From contig NC_042997.1 in NCBI RefSeq assembly GCF_006345805.1, positions 128,588,001 through 128,652,000 on the forward strand: a stretch of 64,000 bases of DNA. Direction: 5' to 3'. Both the position numbers and the translations under genes were made by a program. This document shows positions 1 to 11,516 of this stretch, piece after piece. Each line of letters begins with the position of its first letter. Position 1 is the stretch's first letter. This DNA is from Octopus sinensis (Eukaryota). Below the pieces are notes generated by a model. It searched no databases. It worked only from the letters and a program-made list of their open reading frames with translations, and was not told the DNA's origin.

Positions 1-141
1 AAGTAGCTTGCTCACCGACCACATGGTTCTGGGTTCAGTCCCACTGCGTGGCATCTTGGGTAAGTGTCTTCTGCTATAGCCTCGGGCCGACCAAAGCCTT
101 GTGAGTGGATTTGGTAGACGGAAACTGAAAGAAGCCTGTTG

Positions 142-180
<39 letters not shown>

Positions 181-388
181 ATGTTTGTGTGTCTGTGTTC
201 GTCCCTCTAGCATTGCTTGACAACCGATGCTGGTGTGTTTACGTCTCCGTCACTTAGCGCTTCGGCAAAAAGAGACCGATAAAATAAGTACTGGGCTTAC
301 AAAGAATAAGTCCGGAGGTCGATTTGCTCGACTACAGGCGGTGCTCCAGCATGGCCGCAGTCAAATGACTGAAACAAGTAACAGAGTA
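1..388 (+). mobile_element. Composite tRNA-derived SINE (head/central domain + internal TA/TG microsatellite + 3' module); 5' end cut by window edge
   Basis: B-box-like GGTTCAGTCCC, then GGCATCTTGGGTAAGTGTCTT and GTGGATTTGGTAGACGGAAACTGAAAGAAGCC. The same modules recur many times in the window (e.g. 5350-5510 minus, 22306-22686, 44320-44450, 54175-54320, 58465-58620). Confidence 0.85.
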
Positions 389-423
389 TATATATATATG
401 TATGTATATGTATAGCTATCATT

Positions 424-468
<45 letters not shown>

Positions 469-471
469 GTA

Positions 472-1392
472 ATCATCATAATCATCATTTAATGTTCATG
501 CTGGTATGAACTCAATGGTTTGATAGGCTCCAATGGGTCAAAGGGCTGCACTGTGCTTCAATGATTGATTTTGAAGTGTTTACAGCTGGGTGCTCTTCCT
601 AACACCACCACTTCACAAAATATACTGGGTGCTGTTTTGTGCCGCTAGCATTATTGAGGTTGCCATGCAGGTCACAAGACTGTAAACTGCAAAAGAGATG
701 GGTGGTGGTTTTATGCTATGAGAAGAGGGGTTTACAATATGAAAGAAGTGGGTAGCAAAACAGGTTCTTGTAGAAGGCTTGCATGGTTATTCATATTAAG
801 TTGGGGAAGGAGAGAATGATCAGTAGGAGCTGTTAAGAGAGACAGGGGATGAGGTGTCCAGGTGACTCCACAAGGCAGGAAGTATATAAAAGTGGGTGGG
901 TGGGGCTGTTGCAAGATTGTAAGTGGAGCAGATGATGAGGGGATGAGGAGGCAGCCTGCAACTGTAAAAGAAGTTGAGTAATGACAGAGGAGTCATGGAT
1001 TGGGAAGAATAGGGATGCAGAAGAGAGAAGATGGAGGGAAGAATGGGAGGGTAGTAATTATACAGTTGGCAGTGGGAGAAGGACAAGGGAGAGAGATTAC
1101 AAGGAGCAGGGAAAGGGAGAGAGAAGCATAGTGCATAATGAAATATAGTTTGATACATTGGAGTGGGGTGAATCAATGTAACATGTGGGTGAAGAGGATA
1201 CAGCACACAGTGCTTCCAGAACACAGTTTTTGCTGAGGCAGGCAGGTCTTCTCAAGAACCTCATATTGCTATATATACTGGTCTATTGTCATCTCCACTG
1301 TGAGGCTCAACATCTTGAACTCATTTCTCATTACTTCATCCTACATCTTCCTAGGTCTCCCAGTTCTGCAGATTCCATCCATTTTAAGTGAT
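472..1392 (-). mobile_element. RTE-clade LINE 3' end (ORF C-terminus remnant + long 3'UTR + (ATG)n tail)
   Basis: Minus-strand translation of ~1225-1385 gives MDGICRTGRPRKM*DEVMRNEFKMLSLTVEMT...VLEKT, matching the RTE GRPRKxW C-terminal motif. A pyrimidine-rich UTR follows, ending in ...CAGCATGAACATTAAATGATGAT. Confidence 0.7.
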
Positions 1393-2055
1393 TGACATAT
1401 GACATATTATACATAATATGAGTATATATGTGTGTGAAGTTGTTAGTTGCTTCAGTGTTTTTCATCTTTTCATACAGAATCACTATAACGAATTCTTAAA
1501 CTTATATATGAAATATAATAGGAAGATATAAAAATGATATATAAATTCAAACACTGTTTTTATTTTGTATGAAATATGAGCCTGGGTCCATGACATCATG
1601 AACGATAAAAGCAAAAAAAAAAACTAAATTAATCAAAACAAATTAAAATAAAGTAACAAAAATAATAAAAGCCATAATGAAAAGTAATACAAAGATTGTT
1701 TTAAAAGTACTGGTATTGAAAAGCACTGTCTGTGATAATTAACAATGTCTTAGCAACACCAAATGATGCAGTCTAGTACTGGTATAAATTGGGAATTGAT
1801 GTCTCTGGTGTGATGACAGAGCATATGAAAATGGGCGTATGTATTTGTCTATGAGTCTATGTGTGTATTTATTGATTGTCTTTGCTTATTGCTCCCTGCT
1901 CTCTTTTTCTGTTTATCTCTCTTTTTGACACACACATACACCCTCATTCTACTTATTCTTTGTCAGTAATCATGAGTGCTAAGATTGACTTGTTTTTAAT
2001 TGTGGATATGGAGCCAATTGTCCTCTAACACACATATATGCATGTTGTTACATTA

Positions 2056-2243
2056 TCATCATCATCATCATTTAACATCTGCTCTCCATGCTGGCATGGG
2101 TTAGACAGTTTGACTGGAGCTGATGAGCTGGAAAACTACACCAGGTTCCAGTTTGATTTGATATGATTTCTACAGCTGGATGCCCTTCCTAATGCCAACC
2201 ACTCCAGAAGTGTAATAGATGCTTTTACATGCCACTGACACAG
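2056..2243 (-). mobile_element. SINE/RTE 3'-tail fragment
   Basis: CATCATCATTTAACATCTGCTCTCCATGCTGGCATGGG...CTACAGCTGGATGCCCTTCCTAATGCCAACCACTC. Related copies occur at about 6955, 44470, 45955, 47635, 49765 and 51752. Confidence 0.8.
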
Positions 2244-2650
2244 GTGCCATTTACATGACACTGGCAACAACTTCGACTACGATTCATGGGTGAATGTTAT
2301 TTACATGGCACCGACAACAACCAGAACTATGATGCACAAATGCCATTCACATGACACTGGCAGCAACTTCGACTCACAGGTGCTGTGAATGATCACAACT
2401 ACAATGCATGGGTACCATTTACATGGCACCAGCAGTGACTCAATTCATGGATGCTGTGCCATTTACATGGCACTGCCAATGACCACAATTCCCAGGTGCC
2501 AACCTTCATGGCACCATCAATGACCACAACTATGATGCAGAGGTGTCATTTACATGGCACTGATAATGATCAACTACGATTCATGGGTGCCATTTATGTA
2601 GCATCTGCAACGACCATGACTACGATGCACTGGTGCCATTTACATGACAC
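2244..2650. repeat. Degenerate minisatellite, about 9 copies of an 18-bp hairpin core GTGCCATTTACATGGCAC, period about 40-50 bp
   Basis: Core copies read directly. GTGCCAT and ATGGCAC are reverse complements. Confidence 0.85.
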
Positions 2651-2828
2651 AGGCACAGCCACAGCTACAATTTCCCTTGGCCTGACAAGTATGTACCTGA
2701 ATTGCATACTCACTAACAAACATAATTATCATAAGATACAATGAACTAATATAGAGAAAGACAGTGTAGATGAAGTACCAAAACAGATTCAAGGAGAGTG
2801 AATGTGTTAGGTAGAAAGTAAGTGAAAG

Positions 2829-3059
2829 GGCAGCGAAGTGGCAGAAACATTAGCACGCCAGGCGAAATGTGTAGCTGCATTTCGTCTGCCGTTACGTTCT
2901 GAGTTCAAATTCCGCCAAGGTCGACTTTGCCTTTCATCCTTTTGGGGTCGATAAATTAAGTACCAGTTGCACACTGGGGTCAATGTAATTGACTTAATCC
3001 GTTTGTCTGTCTTTGTTTGTCCCCTCTATGTTTAGCCCCTTGTGGCCAATAAAGAAATA
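2829..3059 (+). mobile_element. Deu/Nin-domain-like tRNA SINE with 16-bp target-site duplication
   Basis: Central GTCGACTTTGCCTTTCATCCTTTTGGGGTCGATAAATTAAGTACCAG resembles the Deu/Nin domain (from memory). It is flanked by AGAAAGTAAGTGAAAG at 2813-2828 and 3060-3075. Confidence 0.85.
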
Positions 3060-3184
3060 AGAAAGTAAGTGAAAGAGTAATACAGGCATTGACAGTGATT
3101 GTAGACATACACAAAAATAAGACTTTCTACTAATAAAACTTTTGATACAGTGAAAATGAAAAACATTTTTCATTGAAAATTTAC

Positions 3185-3205
3185 CTGGATTCTTGGGTAC
3201 TTAAT
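3185..3205 (-). CDS. Candidate 21-nt symmetric microexon (IKYPRIQ)
   Basis: Minus strand tttatcagcaagtttcag|ATTAAGTACCCAAGAATCCAG|gtaaat. Splice signals only; no homology evidence. Confidence 0.15.
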
Positions 3206-4148
3206 CTGAAACTTGCTGATAAATCCCCTCGAAATGCAACAGTATTGGTCCTGTAAGAGTTACTTATTAAATAATTTACTCACTACCTGTTGCAGTGAGT
3301 ATTCTATTTTAATTGTGGCATATACTGTTTCTGATGAAATACCTAATTACATTATTATAATAAAAACAATGGATAAGTTGTACTTGTTACTATTACTGTT
3401 GCTAAGATAGAGAGAACTTAGTACAGGTTCAATTTAGAATAGATATATGTGTGTGTAAATACACACACACACACACACACACGTGCGTATATACACATAT
3501 GCCTTCAGTTATCTCTCCTGTGGCTCTGACTACATCTTAGGTCTGCAATACCTCATCTTTGTGTATGCTATCAATATCAACACCCTCACATAGCTGCCAT
3601 CAATACCCCCACCACATCATCCCAGTCATTATAGTCACCCTTATGTACTTCTACTTCCATTTCTCACATTAAACATCTCCTTCACTTCACAAGCTGCTCT
3701 TGCACTGTGCATATCATCTACTCTCTGATGTACTCTCAGGTTACTGATTTTTACTCCCTCTTTTTTGAACTACTCATGTTTCACTCACCCCTGCCTTTAT
3801 ACTGATCACTTGTGTTCAGCCTCACCACTCAGACCCTTGGGCATGTGTCTCCTCCAATAGCCCCAAGCTAATCAAAATTTTGTGAATGAATTTGGTTGGT
3901 GAAAACTGAAAGACCATCATATGTGGTGTGTGTGTGTCTGTGTCTGTGTCTGTGTATGCATGTATATATGTGTTTGTGTGAGTTTGTGTCATGCTGGTCT
4001 TTTCATTGCTTGATGTTTATACACAAGTATCACCATCATGCAAATAGTGTCATTCATTTCCAAACTTCTGTAAAAACATGTATCATATATTGGGTACTAA
4101 ATTTTAATGGAGTTCACATTCATTGAGCCAAATTCAATGAGAATATTA

Positions 4149-5009
4149 CAGGACATTCAGGCTAAATTTGAAAGCTTACATAAAAGGAAATGGAAACAAC
4201 ACCTCTTTTTAAAATAAAAGTAGTTTAAAAAATAAAAAAAATATTAACTAGATTATTGCTGGGAGATATCAGTCTACTCAAAGTATCCACCTTTAGCTTC
4301 CACTACAGTTTCAAGAAGGCTCTAGAACCTATCGTATGTGTTCCTCACTGTGTCTCTGGGAAGATCTTAGAACATGTCCCTGATCTTGGCCATCAGCTTA
4401 ACCTTGCTGTTGCCGTCTTTCTCTACAGCTTCCCATGCATAATAATCTATAGAATTACAATTGGGAGAATTAGGAGGCCAAAAATTGGGGCTGGTGAAGT
4501 CATAGAAATTCTCTGACAATACTTCTGACACTTTCCAGAAGTATAGTTAGGAACTAAACCTTGCTGCTATGGCCTTCAAGTCACAACCCTCTCTAGCCAG
4601 AGACTGTCCACAGTCTCCGGCTTCACATAACTGTCTGAATTGAGCCTAGGGTTTTGTTCATCAGTTGCCAATGTGTGGATGCAGTCAGAATACCTGCTGT
4701 GCCTCTTCCTGCTGGCCATAGCTTTGTAACCTCCATTGCAGCTGTTCTTGTCACATCTTTATTTTGTTCACAGAGCATTGAGCAGTAGTCATGATGTTCT
4801 CATTTTGACACCCAGTGCAAATGGTCATGATACAGGTAACTGTTTATCAATATTCAGCTGGCTTCCAGTCCACCTTGTCAGCTAACTTTTTCTCTACTAC
4901 AACTTCAATTTTTATGTTCTCAAATGCTGTTGACTGCTCACCAATACCTCAAGCTGTTCCTGATGAAAGGAGACTTAAAAATTGTCAAATTTATCCTGTG
5001 ATCACACAG
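4149..5009 (-). mobile_element. Decayed, internally deleted Tc1/mariner (maT/DD37D-like) DNA transposon
   Basis: Minus-strand remnant FWPPNSPNCNSIDYYAWEAVE...LPRDTVRNTYDRF*SLLETVVEAKGGYFE* (WPPxSPDLNPLDY-type motif). Degenerate TIRs TA-CAGGACATTCAGGCTAAATTTGA and (rc) TA-CTGTGTGATCACAGGATAAATTTGA. Confidence 0.75.
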
Positions 5010-5791
5010 TACAGTATATGTGTATGAATATATTTACGTACACCTAAATATATATTAGTACACACGCATTCATCATCATGGTTTTAATATCTATTTTTCC
5101 ATACCTGCATAGGTTAAACAAGAGTACATTAAGGTAGTGCTTTTTTACAGCTGGATGACCGACCTTCTTCTCACCTTATTTCCATGTATCTATCTCACTT
5201 ATTTCCATGTAAAGTAATAACCTCCTAGTCACTTTAATCAAACCACAAACAGCCCAGACATGATTTTATGGTGAAATGCAAGCAAATGGCACCATTAGAC
5301 CATTGTTTACTCCCCAGCAAATGTAAAGAAGATACAAGCTCACTTACATGAGGGACTTCTTTCAGTTTCTGTTTAGAAATCTATTTTCAATGCTTTGGTT
5401 GGCTTCAGGGCTCCAATAGAAGACTCCTACCCAAGGTGTCATGCAATAGGATTGAACCCAAAATCATATGGTTGGAAAGCAAGCTTCTCAGTCACACAGC
5501 CATGCCTGCATGTATATATTTATAACCTTTTACAAGAGAAAAGTTGACAGTTACTTTAATGTTTCTACTTGCTTGCCTTCAATAGTCTGTCTGGTGCATG
5601 CAAGCAAGCAAGCAAACCAAAGCTTCGAAGTCATTGTCAACCTCTTTCTAGAACAAGTTAATATGTACTTTCGCAAAAATTGAATAATCCTTCAACTTGA
5701 CATGAAAACAGTGTGTGTTTGTGAGTGTATGATGCATGTATGTATGCATTTATGCACACATACCACACATATGCATACATATATAGACCTT

Positions 5792-5835
<44 letters not shown>

Positions 5836-6329
5836 TATTATTTATATACATTGAAACATTGATTTTATGAAGAAATAGGGAGGTGTGTCCATTAAATCGA
5901 AATTAACCTAAGGACTATTTTTTTTATTGCTTTCAATGTAAAAAAAAAAAAGAAAGCTTTAATACAATATACACTACTGTTCAATATAAAATTATGAAAT
6001 TATAGTAAAGAATATGTGATTTTTTTATACTTAGCTTTTTGACATTGTAGCTGAAGTGTATTTTGCTGTTATTATAGTGGCAGTACAGTAGTCTTTGTAC
6101 AGTGTCTGAATGAGGAAGTGAAGGGAGAAATCTTCAGTTGCAAAGTCTTCTGAAATATGTGCAAATGCCTGTATATGGTTGTATTATGCAGGCTGTTAGA
6201 GATGAAAATAGAAGTGGGTGTTAAAGAAGTTAGTTTAAAGAAAGAGTCCAGCTTTAATTATTTCCTACAATGATGTTATTTTTTAATTATTCTGTACTTT
6301 CAAAAATGTTCATAATAAGGGACAATCTC

Positions 6330-6720
6330 AGCTTTTATAGTTGATGATGATGCCCATAAGATTTCTTATTTCAGACTATGTTGGCCATTTTGGTATGACT
6401 GTCTCATCCTCAGTGTCTGCTTTTTCCCCTGCCTGATTATATAGAGCCTCATCCATATTTTTTCTATCAACAAGAACTTAATAACCAGGATAATGTTCAT
6501 CAATTTCAAGCCATTCTTGAACAGCCACTTGTTTCCTAGTTGCCAGCATTTACAAAGACATGATCTTTTGTCTTTTACCTCACATCCTCCAAAATCCAAA
6601 ACAGATTCAATGCTGTGAAGTAGCTTCTTCCATACTGCATAGTTAAAAGGTACAGTCTTAACATTGAAGGTGCATAGATTCTGGAGTATTCTATTCACCA
6701 ACCTTGAATTTTATGCATTT
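6330..6720 (-). mobile_element. Possible pogo/Tigger-family transposase C-terminal relic
   Basis: Frameshifted remnants FNVKTVPFNYAVWKKLL and VVQEWLEIDEHYPGY*VLVD..DEALYNQAGEKADTEDE resemble the post-DDE and acidic C-terminal regions of Tigger-like proteins. No TIRs found. Confidence 0.35.
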
Positions 6721-7220
6721 TCTTCTATGCTACTCAGTGGTGAGGCTCAAGGGACTAGTAACAATGGGTTTCATGAGTGCAGTGAGGAGGTGGGAGGTTT
6801 GAAGGAAAGATAGATTGAAAGGAAGATGTGCTTTACATTATGAAGCTTAACCAGCCTCAACTATCTACACTCATGAGCCCATTTTAAATCACTGGCAAAG
6901 GGAGTTCTCAATCACCTTACACACATGCACATATGCACACAACCACCACCATCACCATCATCTTTTAATGTCCATCTTTCATTGGTATGAGTTGAATGTT
7001 TGGTAGCGTTTAACAGGAGGACTGCATTGGCATGCTTTTTACAGCTGGATACCTTTACTAATGACATCCACTTAACACTGTGTACCAGTTTTTCTCTTTT
7101 TGGTGGTGGGGGTTGTGGCACCAGCACTAGTGATGTAACCTTGCTTACACAGAGTAGGTTTTACAGCCACATCATCCAAACTGACCAGGTGAAACTGGCT
7201 TAGCTGCTAGTATATATATA

Positions 7221-7262
<42 letters not shown>

Positions 7263-7268
<6 letters not shown>

Positions 7269-7485
7269 ACTTTATATAATTAGGGTTCAGCAAAAAAATT
7301 TACTTTACCACACACCAAACTTTTAGAAATAGCAGCCAAAGAATTTAGCTATTTCCTCTACTATAAGAAGAGTTTCCTAGCTTATAGTAGAGGAAATAGC
7401 TAAATTCTTTGGCTGCTATTTCTAAAAGTTCGGTGTGTGGTAAAGTAAATTTTTTTGCTGAACCCTAATTATATAAAGTAATGTT
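7263..7485. repeat. Near-perfect palindrome: 105-bp arms, 13-nt loop, 1 mismatch; putative fold-back/MITE-like element
   Basis: Arms 7263-7367 and 7381-7485 compared base by base; loop AAGAGTTTCCTAG. The element plus a ~95-bp extension lies between (TA)n tracts. Confidence 0.9.
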
Positions 7486-7597
7486 AAATATACCGTAAAT
7501 AGTCTTTTTACATACTGGACACTGCTTGGTAAAATTATTAATTACTAATTAACTAATTTTACCCTTATTATTATTGACTATATATATATATATATAT

Positions 7598-7655
7598 CAT
7601 CATCATCATCATCATCATTTAACGTCCGTTTTCCGCGCTAGCACGGGTTGGACGG
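7598..7655 (-). mobile_element. Extremely 5'-truncated SINE/RTE tail inserted in (TA)n
   Basis: (CAT)7 TTAACGTCCGTTTTCCGCGCTAGCACGGGTTGGACGG, CpGs intact, TA repeats on both sides. Confidence 0.75.
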
Positions 7656-7715
<60 letters not shown>

Positions 7716-7936
7716 ATTATATAGATAGACAGACAGACATGTGTGTATAAATAGCTCATACAAGAGAAGTGTGGTGAGTGTTCTCTTATATACTCTATTT
7801 ATATACATTCTCTCCACATTGTATCTCTTAGATCTTCAGAACAACACAAAGGTTTATCTTAATCTCAACCATGGTCATTCTTGTTCACCATGCATTTAGT
7901 GGAGAGTTTGATGTGAAATCTGTTTGATATACATAC

Positions 7937-8002
7937 GTGTGTGTGTGTGTGTGTGTGGTGTGTGTGTGTGTGTGGTGTGTGTGTGTGTGTGTGTGTGTGT
8001 GT
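7937..8002. repeat. (GT)n microsatellite
   Basis: Seen directly. Confidence 0.95.
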
Positions 8003-8364
8003 TGCTTTATCTTGTGAGGCTATAGCCATTCCTTATGAGACATCTATATGTTAGTGGCTTTCAGTGAAATACACCTGTCTGACATACATCACTTTCTAAT
8101 TTCACATTGATTAATATCCAGTGACAAGCAAAAACAAGATGACCAGAAGGCCAGAAATTATTTCGAGCAAAAATTATATATGTCAGAGGGCCTTCTTCTA
8201 AATATTCCCAGTAGGATACCACATCAGATAGGATTTGATTTGGGATTTTCTCTTCACCCAATGATTTTAGTAGAGCCTTGGGTATTTCTATGCACCCATG
8301 CAATATATATATGTATGTATGGATACACACACACATACACACTGATAAATACAGATATACAGTA

Positions 8365-8365
8365 A

Positions 8366-8415
<50 letters not shown>

Positions 8416-8735
8416 CATTTTCTTATCAGAGTTTTTATGTAGATAAGCCAAGACTAAAGAACAACTGTCTGTCCGTAAAGTTATATGTAGATTATCTATG
8501 AAGATATATGTATGTATAATGTGTACATCTACATACACTCATATTTTTTATATCATCAAGCAATATATTGCTACTTGCATAACTAACTGACAGTACACAC
8601 ACATGCATGCACGCATATATACACACACATGTATGCGCATATATAGATATAGATATGTGTGTATGTCTCCATATATGTGTGTGTGTATGTATGTACATAT
8701 AGATATGTATATACATACATACATACATACATACA

Positions 8736-8771
<36 letters not shown>

Positions 8772-8811
8772 TATATTATATATATATATACCTAAAAGTA
8801 CATATATATAT

Positions 8812-8845
<34 letters not shown>

Positions 8846-8880
8846 CCTAAAAGTACATATATATATACTTATACACACAC
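8365..8880. repeat. Compound (TA)n/(TACA)n/(CA)n microsatellite cluster, including a duplicated TACCTAAAAGTACATATA
   Basis: Seen directly; explains ORFs 8492-8764, 8548-8760 and 8603-8941. Confidence 0.9.
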
Positions 8881-10675
8881 ACACTTGTGTGAGTGTATGG
8901 CAAGGATAATGAAAATACAATCAAAACTATTATTTTTCTGACTTAGATAGCTTCTATTCATGTACCATCTATTGTGTTTTAGTCTAAAATAAATTGAAAA
9001 TTATTATCAGAACTTACTTCACTTGAAACCCTAGGTGTTAAATAAATTTCTATTGTAATATCATTTTCTCAGCAGATAGACATAGGCCATAGAAAATCAA
9101 TTTTTCAGTCAAAATATCATTGACAGACAATTCCTTGATCTTTTCCTCTCTCTATATATATGTATTTCCTTTTCCTCCATTTTTTTTCTTTTATTCATTT
9201 TGTCATATTTAGCAATCCATTAATTAATTTTTTATTTAAATTCAAATATTTTATTATCCATTTATTTTATAGTTTTCTATAAAATGGAAAAAAATCTTGG
9301 TTAGCTTTCTAACAATATATATTCTATTGATTCTTTCCTGTTTCAAAAGCCATACTGCAAAGCTAACTCTACCAACAATATTTCAAACAACCAGAATTGT
9401 AGTCTTCTAAATTTTATTACTATTGATGCTACTATGCTTATTGTTAGCAAACTCAACCAAACAGTAATAAAATCAGTAGAAATTACACTACAACTATAAT
9501 AAATACTAGCCAAGATAATTTTCTCTAGTTTTCAGTGATATTCTCTCGCAATGGCCAACTTTAAATGATCCACTTGTGTTTATTGATTAAATGCTCCATT
9601 ATAGTCAAATTTCTTAGTTTGTCCAACACAGATTCCACTATGAAATTTCTTTGTTACTAAATCTATATAGATATAAATGAATATGTCTCCTCTTATAATC
9701 CTAATATTCCCAGTTGAACATTCTCATACATATGGGCCTCCTTGTTAATTTTATGTTAATTCTTTTAACATTTGTTGCACAGTTTATCTATGACAACTAT
9801 TATTTTTATATGTTCTGAAAATACCAAAGCAGTTTACAAGGAGTACCAGTAGTATGATACACAAAATACCTTCTGGTATTTAACTAAACCCACTTATTTT
9901 TCTGTGTTAAAATTAATCCCATTGGAGTTGACTTTTTGTCTCAATCTTCAAGAATGAATGAATACCAGTGATATACTGGAGTATAGTCACCTATACTCCA
10001 CACACTAACTTCGTTTTGCCTTGTGTCAAATTTATTTTTGGTCAGGAAAGAGAATTCTAGTTTTATATAATTTAGTTTGAACATCATCTACCAGTAGAGA
10101 ACACATGAATCTCTAGTTATCTCAGTGAAGCAGCACTGTCTCACTCCATTTCCTACCTGAGAATATGTAATAAAATCATAATCAACCCTTAGGCACTCAT
10201 ATTGATAATTATAACTTTTATAATTAAACTCTAATGAGACACATTCAAACATAGTATTATATGTATATATATCACTAAAACTAACCTGTAATAATAGTCG
10301 AGTTGAGACTACAGCAGGCAACAATACAGGAATTGTCATCAAAAAGAATCACATCACTTCAATTAAATCATAACCATTAATTTGTACTATGGCCATGTAA
10401 TAGGTTGATGGTGTTACTACTATTAATAGCTACATATACAGAAATACTATTCTAAAATTAGAGTAAAACCAACCATTTATCACCTATTAGTAGCTAATTG
10501 TGCTCATTACTAATCTTTCTTGTGTATATGATAAGCATTGATAGATGAAATTTAATTAGCAGCAACTACTGTATATTTGTGATTTACAACTAGTGTTGAA
10601 CTTTGAAAATAGACTAACTTAATTCCATTAATTTAATTATATTATTGACTAGACTGTAATTTCCTTTCTTTTCAG

Positions 10676-10752
10676 CTACTGTTTATATCAGCAATGGCAC
10701 CAATATTCTGAAAATAAGAAAAGGGCACAAAAAAGAGAGCATTTTCTCCCAG
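10676..10752 (+). CDS. Candidate 77-nt exon of unknown gene (TVYISNGTNILKIRKGHKKESIFSQ or YCLYQQWHQYSENKKRAQKREHFLP)
   Basis: Strong acceptor aatttcctttcttttcag| and donor CCCAG|gtaaaa; two frames open. No recognisable domain. Confidence 0.35.
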
Positions 10753-11441
10753 GTAAAAATTTAGATTTTATTCTTTTTTTCCCTATACACAAAAGAAATA
10801 TTTTGAAGTTGTGAAGTTTTTATTGAATTTCTTTGGTTGTTAAGTTGTTCAAGTTTGAACTAAACAATATTATTGTCAATAATAGTCACTTGAAACTGAT
10901 TCTGGTAATTATTTCAATAAAAGGCTATCTTCTCTAGCTTAAACATTTATGAATGGTCTATTGTATTTCAAAAGAATTCAGTTCCTTTCAGTTAACTAAC
11001 CATACCAGTAATATACAAGAATTGGAGTTCCAGAAAATTCTGTTTTATCGATTTTTATCTGAACATAATATAATTGTCTTAATCTATCTCCATTTTGAAG
11101 ATAGTCCTACCTCTAAGTTTTGGTACCTTAATACGCAGATATAATGATAATTTGTTTAAATCACTATGCTTTCCAGTACAGTTAATAGTTTAGATATCAT
11201 GACAAGTAGAGTTTAATTTCCATAAGAAACCGTCATTAATTCAACCTTTATATTCAATATATTTTCTCCAATTATTCCCTTCTTCAATTCCTGTTTTACT
11301 TCGAAATACAACCTCATTAATAAAGAAAAATATTAAAGAAGTTCTTAGTTTTTACCTGATAAACAGCAAATAATAAATTATAAGTAGGATGGGTGAAGTG
11401 ATGAGAAGGGTAGTGTGAATTAATGATTTAATGTTTCTTAG

Positions 11442-11516
11442 ATGAAATCTCCAGTGACAAACATTGAAGTTATAAGCAAGGCTAATGGCAAAACTAAGAT
11501 TGTTTCTTCAAATTAA
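11442..11516 (+). CDS. Candidate terminal exon (MKSPVTNIEVISKANGKTKIVSSN*), phase-compatible with 10676-10752
   Basis: Acceptor aatgtttcttag|; phase 0 matches the upstream candidate; AATAAA motifs downstream (about 11642 and 11816). Confidence 0.2.
   Translation: MKSPVTNIEVISKANGKTKIVSSN

Noticed and set aside
2112-2152. Hammerhead-like CTGATGA-GCTG-GAAA in a SINE tail
   Set aside because: Stem II is only 4 nt, there is no valid stem III or cleavage triplet, and other copies of the tail lack the motif.
2244-2650. CRISPR array
   Set aside because: The spacers are decayed copies of each other, there are no cas genes, and the context is a eukaryotic SINE.
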